Below are positions 12,001 to 17,903 of a stretch of 20,000 nucleotides of DNA, piece by piece. The stretch lies in IMG/VR virus record IMGVR_UViG_3300020472_002474; one strand, 5' to 3'. The notes under the pieces were generated by a model. That model was given only the letters and a program-made list of their open reading frames with translations. It was not told the origin of the DNA and did not search any database. Source of the stretch: an uncultured virus (IMG/VR IMGVR_UViG_3300020472_002474). Lineage: Duplodnaviria; Heunggongvirae; Uroviricota; Caudoviricetes. Position numbers and translations under genes: made by a program. How positions within the stretch are numbered: position 1 is the first letter of the stretch; each line of letters opens with the position of its first letter.

Positions 12001-12983
12001 GCAGGTACTAAAGTTGGTGGGGAAGTTCTATCATCATTGACATAAAAAATATCCTTTGGAACAAAAGTTTTATCATTCAACACATTCATCACAGAAGAAG
12101 TATAAATTGTTGGAACTGAATGATATGATTCAAGTGTAAATTGTGAAGTATCTACTTGTGGATTATTAATTGTAATTGGTTCTCCAACAAACTTACTATC
12201 TACTGACGATGAACCACTTAGGTTTATATAAAAGTCATCCATTACAGGTGACATCGTTTCAACTAACTTACCCTTAGAACCTATAGCACCACTTTTACCA
12301 CTTAATTTGGTTAATGGTTTATTTTCCTCTATGATAGTTTGTTTTGCCTTATCCTTGAAATCTTTATTAGGATAGGTTGCATTTGAAACTCCACCAATGG
12401 TTGCATTTTCAACAGGAACTTCAGGTGAAAGTCCAGCACGAGGGACACCATCTCCTGCTAAATTAACAGAAGTAGAAGAACCACTTGGAACTTGAACAAA
12501 TTCTTTAAATAATTCTGTTACCTTTACGGTTGGTGCTCTGTGAAATAAGATTGGTTGGGTATTTACTCCCATACCATTTATTGTTATCGGTTTAGACCAT
12601 CTTGCATTATAAATACCCTGCCATTCAGCTGGAACATTTACGTTTTCAGGATTTAATTCACCAACTACATATAATGTATAAGGTCCAGGAGTAACATCAT
12701 CATAAACCTCAATAGAAACTCTACGAGCATCACCTTCCAAGTGCCCCATTATAGGTTCTACATATATTACTTCATCTGTTTGGTCATGAACTAACTCAAT
12801 TTTTATATCAACACCAGGTTTTAAATTTACTGAACCTGCTATTAAAAAACTACTTTTACCTTGAGTTAATACATCAGGACATTCAAGTATTCTAAAGTAA
12901 CTATCTAAAATATCTTGGGATATTTGTAATACATCGAGGTTTTTTAGTCCTAAATATTCTGATTTACGTTTTGGAACTGCCAA
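1..12983 (-). CDS. Giant repeat-rich virion structural protein, putative tail fibre/adhesin (at least 4327 aa, 3' end outside the window)
   Basis: TTG start at 12983-12981 with GGAG 6 nt upstream (ctcc at 12990-12993). N-terminus reads MAVPKRKSEYLGLKNLDVLQISQDILDSYFRILECPDVLTQGKSSFLIAGS. Manual translation stayed in one frame at ~10300 (LAYPPHWRISSSAATDDPVSFISSSQFKVSADG), 5200-6300 and 1-660 (ending ANGTGGAPDFNCYLNIKLV at the window edge). All repeat spacings are multiples of 3. The ORF track has no long minus-strand ORF here, which an internal in-frame stop would have produced. The tail-fibre call is inferred from composition and motifs (GxIxxWxI, SGxxGWRIxxxxxGEAEFxxVxVRG). Confidence 0.9.
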   Translation of the reverse strand, partial: MAVPKRKSEYLGLKNLDVLQISQDILDSYFRILECPDVLTQGKSSFLIAGSVNLKPGVDIKIELVHDQTDEVIYVEPIMGHLEGDARRVSIEVYDDVTPGPYTLYVVGELNPENVNVPAEWQGIYNARWSKPITINGMGVNTQPILFHRAPTVKVTELFKEFVQVPSGSSTSVNLAGDGVPRAGLSPEVPVENATIGGVSNATYPNKDFKDKAKQTIIEENKPLTKLSGKSGAIGSKGKLVETMSPVMDDFYINLSGSSSVDSKFVGEPITINNPQVDTSQFTLESYHSVPTIYTSSVMNVLNDKTFVPKDIFYVNDDRTSPPTLVPAPLSTTSAITASYVELPTQTTSSINFTSFADITIQDMKTFSGDVHKVKIYAKSEGSLGDFELIYDSPIESAQVLFDKNETTLNTNIGYFIDVGRINNYWEIHEGQNGNGGTGTFTFSSAKKVDSMVISGSNLEHGDSVRVQNKTSVDFIKGNLYNFSAKVYGIKTDKKDVDGNLTSNAEFIVYTSGSAFNTENNEGNHWGDEKLNLPDFPTGVSEYDFGLVEGSFLADNTGTGVIQFKAPSGVWHVSDIQVKAATDTAFHPDFVTITAPVPPLLERPDRIRFLVEFYDVNNNIADTTVFTNPIDFTGPNINISGTDNILSGSMFIGSALASGVEMAGVNSAFIRSMGYQGFKSASNATGENSGFMMFSGSVLPDSGDDYKGVGLELVGNSGSYLKFRTDPSELDIRADAFFVGNEGTQFVSGALGNVEISSSNFHLSSSGDVNMSGTITATAGNIGNWKIVDGMLSGSNATLDADGAALYHSTKGPGSDTAAAFDITRDEYYIDFTPEQGDTATAGRYYVKFGPNFSVSASGVLFASGAVFEGKITSSAGLIGGAQIESTSLAYPPHWRISSSAATDDPVSFISSSQFKVSADGRITASAANIEGKITATSGRIANWDIIGDTLSSVNASNKGIILDADNSTPIITVQEDSNNKLELYHTTATNWGIKGISGGDTLFRLGNSNQIAGWAISGSWISKAISGSAAYQDFTRVYMSSVNDNTQNIQEGFSVYRKDEDIDNGAIKVVRLGGLSDTTDLHAINDYGLQIIQKDSNNNYSNLLFIGSGSQNISGWNLTTSGFHDDAGSIRISSTQASMSLGTSDEVVIRGNSNNPYISLQPSVALASKAYGATGVFLGVSGGSTPKFSAVGTGGHIKFDGAGLDIDTTTFELDANTGDLQISSGHKSMSLNDGTIVFDGANAKITIGSANKVTIQGGGTDNFMTMGSKTSFTHFDQSTAGIIVGMDSTVPKMELVASATNYLSFDGSNFDIKLSQGLELDATNIEISSLNASMSLGEGNILLDGANSKIFVGSNSSKQIEIFGNSSKGYIRTGKSSVSDTTEGFWFANNNANPEFHIGDATDFIKLQHGNLDIASQKLEISASTIQVSTTQASMSLGHSPTYPKGKIIIEGEGTPTFRMGPDADFISLSTGSGIFMDGDGNFRFGDADGGILFENGNFNITGSDIDINVTELNITATGFQLSSGQASMSLGTNRQWLAQGSDANPYLAIGQTGGTVGYGHSGVFLGYNNAGSAPRVSFVGSSGHFKFTGAAVDIDTNTFEMAASNIQLSSAHASMSLGGVPGAAANILLDGGNSRVEVGSANKVTIQGGNTDNFITMGSKTSFSHFDQSTEGIIIGMDSTVPKLEIAKNSANYFSFDGTNFDIKLSEGFELDATNIEISSTHASMSIGDGKIKMVGGSTSTLSVGAANAITLKDDGTDRFLVIGSKTSFSHFDQSTAGVILGTDSGTTKFEIAGNATNYLSFDGTNFDVKLTEGLELDATNIELSSTHASMSLGEGKIKMVGASTSFITIGAANAITLKDDGTDRFLTVGSKTSFSHFDQSTAGVIFGTDGGTTKFELAGSATNYLSFDGTNFDIKLSEGLELDATNIEISSTHASMSIGEGKILLDGANGKMTVGTSNKVTIQGGGTDNFITMGSKTSFSHEGSGTAGILIGMDGSNPQAEFVKNSSDYFIFDDGIDIKTTAFELSTTNLDLSSTHASMSLGEGKILLVGASSPYFQIGDSNPITIKTDGTDQFIVMGSKTSFSHYDKSTVGIILGMDAAVPKFEMAKSGDEYLRWDSTDGLDIRTKNLEVSASNLEVSSQHASMSIGDPNSSGGAIVLHADGTDKMLKFGGKTTFDQTTTAGLIMGMDATNPEFDYTVGTGNNQYLRMTPAGIDIKTPAFKLDTDRLDIDSSTSRIDVYDASDGLRVRIGEIDPTGGDQYGLVIYDGSGTAGADEIAHFGSDYNKIASWSISTTQISSENIVIDSAGIIQTSDFASGVQGWRITSANNGEAEFEKVTVRGTLATTVFEKESVNAVGGQLYVANSTIISSSTDIAASDTTMSVANVGGFVANEVISAKKVSDTGFQTEYMLIQSASRDVPSSDTNFMGKLFVVRGYSGSLETTSGSVGDAASSAQTYSQGQVIVSTGKVGTGFIRLNANPNDTTTPYIDIVERTGSAVFDVELKTRLGDLSGLSSGLLYGETNPGFGLFAENVFLQGGITAQTGSITGKLHVRTDASNQVVIGTDVQSTNDGIFINNNNYWYTTGAWKVGGGNFFISNDASGNVSIQPNTFELSAGSGDIQISSTHKSMSLGDGDIFFQSPNSSQAVGRIGATSTKAIFITGSSTQGAIRSGKTSVSDTTEGFWLANNNTDAEFVVGDGTDFLKFDDNALTVKTRAFELAANTDDLQISAAHKSMSLGGNKITIQGAASPSITIGSSNAITIKTDGTDQFLTMGSKTSFTHEGSGTAGILIGMDGSNPQAEFVKNASEYFIFDDGLDIKTVNFELDANSGDLQISSAHKSMSLGGQVTLDGTNTKITVGSSNAITIQGGNTDNFIAMGSKGSFSNEGSGTAGILIGMDATNPQAEFVKSATNYFIFDGGTGVDIKTTTFELDASNLELSSTHSSMSLGEGKIVLQGSSTPFITVGSSNPITIKTDGTDQFITMGSKTSFSHEGSGTAGILIGMDSTNPQAEFVKSATNYFIFDDGVDIKTEDFELDASNIEISSTNASMSIGEGKILLDGANGKITVGTSNSVTIQGGSTDNFMAMGSKTSFSQEGSGTAGILIGMDATNPQAEFVKSATNYFIFDGGTGVDIKTTQLDLAAGTTDLQISSTHKSMSLNNGNVKLLGSGNVGYAQFGSAPALSDNLIISASATQQVLKAGVSESFAGAVANNEQGFILERALTTTKFHVGSGTEYIRFDGTNIDIAAANFNLTASNVNITAGDGIEVDAPDFEVSSTHKSMSLGYNTSANGGITMVGGDTQTIGFGNKTGYRMTLQSDANDSFLQIGSPTIANPAQEGILIANDGGNAEFHLYKNSTNYFKFDAGATPALDVKTVSLEIATQGLTISGRDASTAANNKIALGSASSKTAGAGAWIDGAGNFRVGTATSGNSFMYFDASSNNLAVRTDDLVIDTSTVDITTEHGGMIALGATSASLADLSGAGIFLSGSGEFNFEYNSLNYIKRDGTDFKIGSQNFSLSGSTTLAIDTSKIRLGSNATSTLVHGSEGIFLNSSGHFSFKEDANNYIIGGNNNFDIAADNFTLDATTIYMDSAVNSGMIGLGTDGSAVTHGATGIYLDGTGKFSFVEDGANFIKGGNSNFEIQSEKFDLLSSNLRVSSSGGGTIAMGSTIPTTLTSNGVLLSGSGDFNFQGDANNFLRFSSNTLQLKASELVIDTAKVDIDTQTQMFAMGGTSASLSDLSTNGIFFSGSGEFNLQQDSNNFIKRQIIDGTSKLNIKTSTFDLVTDTLQLESTTPKLQLDDAGAKLIVGSLDSVTDVTDGDSGLYAQGDGLLLMKHDANNYIQFNSGLVIKAQNFDLNTSTLRVSSSNGGVISLGATPPTSATSGTGFFVSGSGNEFLVGNASGNRIQYTNNAIVLQSNTFALTTATLVIDSATNSGKIAMGSTPNTSVAGTNAGIYMDGTGDFLAYGNASNFIKKDGTSLEMKSTTFNLTANTNDLVIDSAGHSISLADGNITLDGTSTGFFEIGTLADTSTIATTNSGMRVDGAGNFLLKADDSGTNFIKFDVDGGDDALQISSSNFRLSSAGAEIKGDISAETGYFSDVVAGGGTADIISGTNSGKKPVESWGDTNSPSAVKSAAAISSDFSSWGRDNDQFGNGDQNWSGSAVIGNLNPQGITNAGSFHTIVYDGRDTAAINNTLSDEQNTNHTPYPKATQFSPQSLADGHAQYQQSSGYFSSTTANTQLFRPVCCFIRPSEHRWIAPDELVNGMFGGQLMLQLFSPRLTTTDFYAAQGASENITFSLAWKLLGFANGTGGAPDFNCYLNIKLV
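700..2900 (-). repeat. Intragenic repeat array C: about 10 diverged units of ~62-85 aa
   Basis: A recurrent G[IVFM][FYL][LMFV][SD]GxGxF motif lies at about 2730, 2520, 2330, 2130, 1940, 1745, 1510, 1315, 1110 and 855 (e.g. GIFLSGSGEF, GIYLDGTGKF, GVLLSGSGDF, GIYMDGTGDF). It is usually preceded by GxIA[LM]G and followed by N[FY]I. Confidence 0.75.
2900..5170 (-). repeat. Intragenic repeat array B: 7 units of ~104-125 aa, same family as array A
   Basis: The SMS[LI] marker occurs at about 5086, 4768, 4450, 4138, 3826, 3505 and 3130 (spacings 318, 318, 312, 312, 321, 375). The core units read MGSKxSF[ST]xEGSGTAGILIGMDxxNPQAEFVK[SN]AxxYFIFDxGxDIKT. Confidence 0.9.
6300..9600 (-). repeat. Intragenic repeat array A: 11 units of ~87-110 aa
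   Basis: The marker SSx[HQN]xSMS[LIF]G occurs at about 9562, 9292, 8977, 8674, 8392, 8131, 7801, 7483, 7165, 6856 and 6538. Spacings are 261-330 bp, all multiples of 3. Most units carry KTSF[ST]HFDQSTxGxIxGxD. Confidence 0.9.
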
Positions 12984-13010
12984 TATTATCTCCGAATAGA
13001 TTTATTCTTA

Positions 13011-13046
13011 AATAAATATCAGATTAATAAATTCTTACTATTTATT
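13011..13046. promoter_or_regulatory. Inverted pair of TATTTATT motifs in the divergent intergenic region (candidate back-to-back phage promoters or operator)
   Basis: aataaata at 13011-13018 and tatttatt at 13039-13046 form an 8-bp perfect inverted repeat with a 20-nt spacer. Each copy reads TATTTATT on the coding strand about 28 nt before a start (12983 and 13075). Function is inferred. Confidence 0.45.
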
Positions 13047-13074
13047 GTCGGTATAAAGTATGGAGAATATCAGT

Positions 13075-13248
13075 ATGAAAAAAGAAAAAGTATCTTTCAC
13101 GATAGATAAAGATTTAATTAATTGGTTTAGATTGCACACAAAGGACGAACATACTACTATGTCCGCCCTTATTAATCAATACATATTAAATTTAAAACGA
13201 GAACGAGAAGGTCGTTCCATTCCAAAGAATGTTTTACATTCTAATTAA
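13075..13248 (+). CDS. Ribbon-helix-helix (CopG/BrnA-antitoxin-like) DNA-binding protein
   Basis: MKKEKVSFTIDKDLINWFRLHTKDEHTTMSALINQYIL matches the RHH pattern: alternating beta strand KVSFTID, helix A, turn, helix B SALIN. GGAG at 13062-13065 favours ATG 13075 over the track's ATG 13060. The gene overlaps the convergent SbcDC gene by 8 bp. Confidence 0.75.
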   Translation: MKKEKVSFTIDKDLINWFRLHTKDEHTTMSALINQYILNLKREREGRSIPKNVLHSN

Positions 13249-16200
13249 AATCCACATTACTAAATCCATCAATCTTTGATATTTCAAGAAGTGAATCTAC
13301 GGTATCTCTCATTGATTCAATATGAGAAACCACAAACGCGAATTGGAATTGAGATTTTAAATATTGAAACAACATATAGATAGAATTTAGATTATCAGAA
13401 TCCATATTACCAAATCCCTCATCTATGGCTAAGAAGTTAGCTCGTGGTAAATTACAAACATTAATCAAACCAACCCTCATTGCAAGACTTGATATAAATC
13501 GTTCCATACCACTTGATAATTCTAAAGGCCATACATTGTCGTCATCATAGGCTAAATATGTATTGATATTCTTACCATCCATTTCCAACACAATACCAAA
13601 ATCTACCATTTGAGCTAATATATCATTAACCTCACCCTCGATTGTTGGTAAGGCCTTTTCTATTAACTCGTAAGGAATACCATCTCGTTTAATTGCATCA
13701 AGATAGTATTTATAGGCTTCGTGTTCTGTTTCTAAATCTTGAACTCGTTTCATTGTTTCCATAATACTTTTCTTCTTGGTAGCGTTAATCTGTATCTCAC
13801 CATGAATAGTTTGTATCTTCTTATCTATTGTATCGACTTGATAATCCAAATCATCAATAGAATTTTTAAGACTTTCTATTTCTTCTTCTATTTGTTTATT
13901 ATAAACAATATCATTCTTACTCTCGTGATACTTTTCAATCTTATCCTCTTGAACTGCTATCTGAGCTAAAGTATGTTTCTTTCTCTCTGTCAATAATACT
14001 TCTTCTGATTCTAATTTATTCTGATTAATTTCGACATTCTTTAATTCTTCTATGGTGTTGTCGTAATCTAATTTATCATTTTCTACATTTCCAAGTTCAT
14101 CAATTTTCTTTACAATTGAATCTAACGAACCAACATATTGACCAGCCAATACTTTATCTTCATTTAGTTTTTCTTTGGTGTCTATGGCGTCTAATGTAAA
14201 TGGATTACTCATACAAAAATCACAATCTTCATCCCATTCTAAATTACCCAACTTATCAATCTTATCCAATTTAGCACGAACCTCTATTTTTAGCTTATCA
14301 ATCTCAATTTGACTTTCCTTTCGTTGAACTTCTAATTCAGAAAGGTTGGTGTATAGTTGATTTATATTTGATTCGGTATAAGTTTGTATTCTATTTTTAA
14401 ATTCTGTAAGTTTAGTTTTGTTTTCTTCTTTTGTGGATTCAAGTGAACCTAATCTTGTATCTATTGAATCAAGAGAATTTTCAGATTCTAACCTATCGTT
14501 TTCTAACTTTTTAATATTAGTAACTGATTCATCAACAGCTCTTAATTTTTTTGTTAATTTAAATGTTTGAGTTGTTAGTTCTTTCTTCCTATCGGTAAGA
14601 CTTTTCTTTTGACTTCTTAAATCTACTTGTACTTCCTTATATTGAGTATCACTTTTATCAATATCAGCTAAATCAACATCATAATCTGTTTTGTTAAAGT
14701 CTCTCAACAACGCAGTTATATCAGATATATTATCATTAGCACTTGTGTAAAGTCTATCAAAGATTCCCATACCCATAAACTGAGCCAATAAATCTTTTCT
14801 TTCCTTTTGAGTCTTGTCTATGAATACCGTAGAATTGTTTTGTAGAGAAAGTGCAGTTAGAACAAAATCCTCATAAGAACCAATAACCTTTTTTATAGCG
14901 TAGTTTGTAGTTCTTCGTTGGTCACCATTTAGTGAAACAATATCACCTGCATCATCTAACATCCAAAACTCTACATTGACTTTGACGTGTCCATTACTTA
15001 ATCGTTTACCTTTTCTTTCAATAAAATAATCTGTTTCGTTTATTTCAAAATTTACTTTACAACTAAAACTACCTTTTTTATTATTGATAACTCTGTCGGC
15101 TTTAAATGCTCTTGCTGATGTATCAAACAAACAGAATGAAAGGGAATCTAATAATGCTGATTTACCACTTGCGTTTGGTGCGAACATTCCAATAATACCA
15201 TTTAGTTTTGTGAAGTCTACTACATTATCTTCTCCGTAACTGAACATATTAGACCATTCAAATTTCTTTATCTTCCAAAACACATTACGAGATATTTCTT
15301 CAGCTGGTAAGTTTCTATTTAAGTCATCATTTATTTCTTTAATTTTTAATAATGTTTTTTCATCTACGATATGATTTCTACCAATGTAATCCTCGATTAA
15401 CTCATATTGATATTCAGAATTTTGAACATCTCCAACATCAACTATTTGACCATCACGAACTCTTTCTGTCAACCTATCTGTTCGATTAACAGCTATCTCC
15501 TTTATACCATATTTGGTCTGTATTACACTCAAGGCCTTCTTTAATTGAACCGAGTCGGTATCAGATACCCTTACTCTCAACCTGGCCTTTTTTGGCATAT
15601 CTTTTACATCAGGAAATTTACCGTTTTTAATGTCTATTGTGTAATAACCATAATCATTTGGAACTTGAATATATGTAGATTTTCTCTTAGGAACATCCCA
15701 TAGTAAATAGCCGTGGTCTAATCCCTCTCCATGATTCTGTTGAACCAAAGAACCACAATATGATATAGTTTCCTCTTTATTAAGGTGTTGTCTCTTGTGA
15801 ATATCACCGAGTAATCCCATATCGTATCCATCGAACTTTGTAATTTTCACATCAGAAGGTAAATTGAATCCTAAATCAGTTTCACATTTATCTACCGTTC
15901 CATGAAACAATACAATCTTAGTATCACCTTCAACTTGGTCTGATGTGATAAAATCTTTCTCATCTGTCCAACAATCCCATACAACAAACTGAACATCAGC
16001 ACAGGTATAAATCCCACTATCTTTTAAATAATGTAAATTAGGATGATTTAAATTTTCGACTATTGGAGTCAAAACATCCATACGAGAACGATTGTTTAGA
16101 TTACAATCGTGATTACCAGCAATAATTATTGTGGGAACTATATCAGATAGATTTTTAAATAACCTTGAGAGTTGGTCAACCAATTCAGGTGACATCTCAG

Positions 16201-16390
16201 TTTTTGAATGTGCTATATCACCACCGATATAAGCAACAGCATTGTCTTTGTTTTCTTTGACCTTTTCATAAAGACGATTGAATACTTCTTCGTATTCTGT
16301 GTGTCGTTTAAGATTTCTGATTTGAATATCAGATATGTGGTGGATGTGTTTAAGTTTTTGAAAAGGAACTTTTACAACATTTTTTATCAA
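13241..16390 (-). CDS. sbcD-sbcC: Fused Mre11/SbcD-like nuclease and Rad50/SbcC-like ATPase (gp47-gp46-like recombination exonuclease), 1049 aa
   Basis: N-terminal metallophosphoesterase motifs HISDIQ, GGDIAH, IAGNHD, LFHG and LGDIHK. These are followed by Walker A APNASGKS, Q-loop LSLQNN, a coiled coil with the Zn-hook CDFC (14213-14224), signature LSSGMERF, Walker B/D-loop LAIDEGFGNMD and H-loop VVSH. Confidence 0.93.
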   Translation of the reverse strand: MIKNVVKVPFQKLKHIHHISDIQIRNLKRHTEYEEVFNRLYEKVKENKDNAVAYIGGDIAHSKTEMSPELVDQLSRLFKNLSDIVPTIIIAGNHDCNLNNRSRMDVLTPIVENLNHPNLHYLKDSGIYTCADVQFVVWDCWTDEKDFITSDQVEGDTKIVLFHGTVDKCETDLGFNLPSDVKITKFDGYDMGLLGDIHKRQHLNKEETISYCGSLVQQNHGEGLDHGYLLWDVPKRKSTYIQVPNDYGYYTIDIKNGKFPDVKDMPKKARLRVRVSDTDSVQLKKALSVIQTKYGIKEIAVNRTDRLTERVRDGQIVDVGDVQNSEYQYELIEDYIGRNHIVDEKTLLKIKEINDDLNRNLPAEEISRNVFWKIKKFEWSNMFSYGEDNVVDFTKLNGIIGMFAPNASGKSALLDSLSFCLFDTSARAFKADRVINNKKGSFSCKVNFEINETDYFIERKGKRLSNGHVKVNVEFWMLDDAGDIVSLNGDQRRTTNYAIKKVIGSYEDFVLTALSLQNNSTVFIDKTQKERKDLLAQFMGMGIFDRLYTSANDNISDITALLRDFNKTDYDVDLADIDKSDTQYKEVQVDLRSQKKSLTDRKKELTTQTFKLTKKLRAVDESVTNIKKLENDRLESENSLDSIDTRLGSLESTKEENKTKLTEFKNRIQTYTESNINQLYTNLSELEVQRKESQIEIDKLKIEVRAKLDKIDKLGNLEWDEDCDFCMSNPFTLDAIDTKEKLNEDKVLAGQYVGSLDSIVKKIDELGNVENDKLDYDNTIEELKNVEINQNKLESEEVLLTERKKHTLAQIAVQEDKIEKYHESKNDIVYNKQIEEEIESLKNSIDDLDYQVDTIDKKIQTIHGEIQINATKKKSIMETMKRVQDLETEHEAYKYYLDAIKRDGIPYELIEKALPTIEGEVNDILAQMVDFGIVLEMDGKNINTYLAYDDDNVWPLELSSGMERFISSLAMRVGLINVCNLPRANFLAIDEGFGNMDSDNLNSIYMLFQYLKSQFQFAFVVSHIESMRDTVDSLLEISKIDGFSNVDFN

Positions 16391-16608
16391 CTATTATCCT
16401 TGATGTACTTTTTAACTTTGTTTATAAGAGCATTAGGAACAATCAAATCCCAAGATGTTTCTTCTTGAAAATTACCATTCTCATAATAAATAGTACCTGA
16501 TTTCCCAATATTAAATTTTTCTTGCACTTTTACCTTCAATGATTCATCTTTAATATGAATCTTCCATTCTTCCTCATTAAATTTCCATATATCGTTTCGT
16601 TTTACCAT
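16387..16608 (-). CDS. Hypothetical protein (73 aa)
   Basis: It fills the gap between the primase and SbcDC genes, overlapping SbcDC by 4 bp (TTGA start/stop coupling) and the primase by 32 bp. Globular-looking sequence with no recognised family. Confidence 0.7.
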   Translation of the reverse strand: MVKRNDIWKFNEEEWKIHIKDESLKVKVQEKFNIGKSGTIYYENGNFQEETSWDLIVPNALINKVKKYIKDNS

Positions 16609-17527
16609 TTAATTTCATCCTCATCAAATCTGAAAACTTCATTTTATCAGTTTTTTTAAGAAGTTCTGTGACTTTTTCAAATCCCAAATCTGAAGGGTCC
16701 TTCTCTGTTAGTTTAACAAAATAGACATCTATATTGTGATTCATGAAATCTTCAACCATCTTCATTGCATCACCTATTGCATCTGTGTCTAATGATATAT
16801 ATATAGTTTTTACTTTTTTCTCTATAATCTTCCGTTTTAATTTTGGTAGAATAGTTTTACCAAATAACGGAATAGCGTTTCTTTTGATAGCAATAGCATC
16901 AAAAGGACCTTCACATAATACGATTGGTTCATCCCAATTGATAAATAAATCAAATCCTATGATGTCTTTTTGTGTTGGAGAGTTTCTGTATTTCATTTTA
17001 CTCTCAAATATATCTCTACCAACAAAGAAATTTAATTGTCCATTTTCATCATATGATGGAATAATAATTCTATTCGTATACATTCCTTCTTCACAATAAC
17101 CAATACCATATTTTAATATATCCTCTTTGGTTATTCCCCTTTTATTTAAATAAAAAATCGCATGTTTATATGTGGTTGAATTATGTGAGTGGTGTAATGA
17201 TAAAAATTCTTTTGGTAAAACACAAACTTTTTCCTTGACTTTCTCAAGATTTGATGATAGTGATTTGGATTCGCCCACAATACCTCGTAACTCTGTAAGC
17301 TGTTCGTGTGTAGCATTTACCTTTTTAAATAACTGATATAGTTTATGTCCACCTTGATTACTAATCCAACAATGCCATTTTTGAGTAATGATATTGATTT
17401 GTAACTTTGGTTTGTGATGAGATACGAATGGACTCCAATACATATACTCGTTTTGTTTTTTAAGCTTTTGACCTTTAGAGCTCAATACCCTATCAATCAG
17501 ATATACTAATTTATTTTGATCTATCAT
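16577..17527 (-). CDS. dnaG: DNA primase, DnaG/T4 gp61-like TOPRIM family
   Basis: Primase core motifs YLNKRGIT...YGIGY, NRIIIP...FVGR and KYRNSP, plus TOPRIM motifs LCEGPFDA and SLDTDA, KDPSD. The N-terminal Zn-binding-like region SPFVSHHKPKL...WHCWIS is degenerate. Confidence 0.9.
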   Translation of the reverse strand: MIDQNKLVYLIDRVLSSKGQKLKKQNEYMYWSPFVSHHKPKLQINIITQKWHCWISNQGGHKLYQLFKKVNATHEQLTELRGIVGESKSLSSNLEKVKEKVCVLPKEFLSLHHSHNSTTYKHAIFYLNKRGITKEDILKYGIGYCEEGMYTNRIIIPSYDENGQLNFFVGRDIFESKMKYRNSPTQKDIIGFDLFINWDEPIVLCEGPFDAIAIKRNAIPLFGKTILPKLKRKIIEKKVKTIYISLDTDAIGDAMKMVEDFMNHNIDVYFVKLTEKDPSDLGFEKVTELLKKTDKMKFSDLMRMKLNGKTKRYMEI

Positions 17528-17855
17528 TTATTAATTTTAAAAATTCCTCTAAATCTAAAGTAACATAAGTTTTACTTCTGTTTCTTTTAAATATCAAAAT
17601 TGGTGGGTAATCACCACTATTTTCTTCGGCCTGTTTTAGTGATTCCCATATGTTTAATTTTTCTTGATTTTTACACTCAAATGAGTAAGGTATCTTTCTT
17701 CGTGCGGCAGGTGATAATTTGATATCTTCACCAGTTTCACCCATAATTGCTGTACGGATATCATCTGGTTCTAATTCTTTAAATTCTTCGAGAAGTAAAT
17801 CTCTTATTTTGTTCTGTAATCTTCGGCCTTTAGCCTTTGCTGAGCGTGTTTTCAT
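17511..17855 (-). CDS. Holliday junction resolvase, Hjc-like PD-(D/E)xK nuclease
   Basis: N-terminal SAKAKGRRLQ helix, catalytic GEDI and FECKNQE motifs, WxxLxQA and PILIFKRNR. Size (114 aa) and position beside the primase fit this phage family. Confidence 0.8.
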   Translation of the reverse strand: MKTRSAKAKGRRLQNKIRDLLLEEFKELEPDDIRTAIMGETGEDIKLSPAARRKIPYSFECKNQEKLNIWESLKQAEENSGDYPPILIFKRNRSKTYVTLDLEEFLKLINDRSK

Positions 17856-17903
17856 AACCTTAAATAACTATCATTGTATTTTCTTAAAATGTATATTTTT
17901 TTG

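Noticed and set aside
1..12983. Stop-codon reassignment as the reason the track shows no long ORF here
   Set aside because: The frame is open in the standard code in every segment I translated, and other genes end normally in TAG, TAA or TGA. The omission is explained by the stop lying beyond the window edge.
13060..13074. ATG at 13060 as the RHH start
   Set aside because: The GGAG at 13062-13065 is well spaced for ATG 13075, and the RHH strand begins right after that codon.
13241..16390. Intein or intron explaining the length of the SbcDC gene
   Set aside because: The length is accounted for by the nuclease, ATPase halves and coiled coil. I saw no intein splice-junction or homing endonuclease motifs.
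17856..17903. Possible terminator in the 48-bp gap between the sulfotransferase-like and resolvase genes
   Set aside because: There is no GC-rich stem. The T-run is on the non-coding strand and the region is simply AT-rich.
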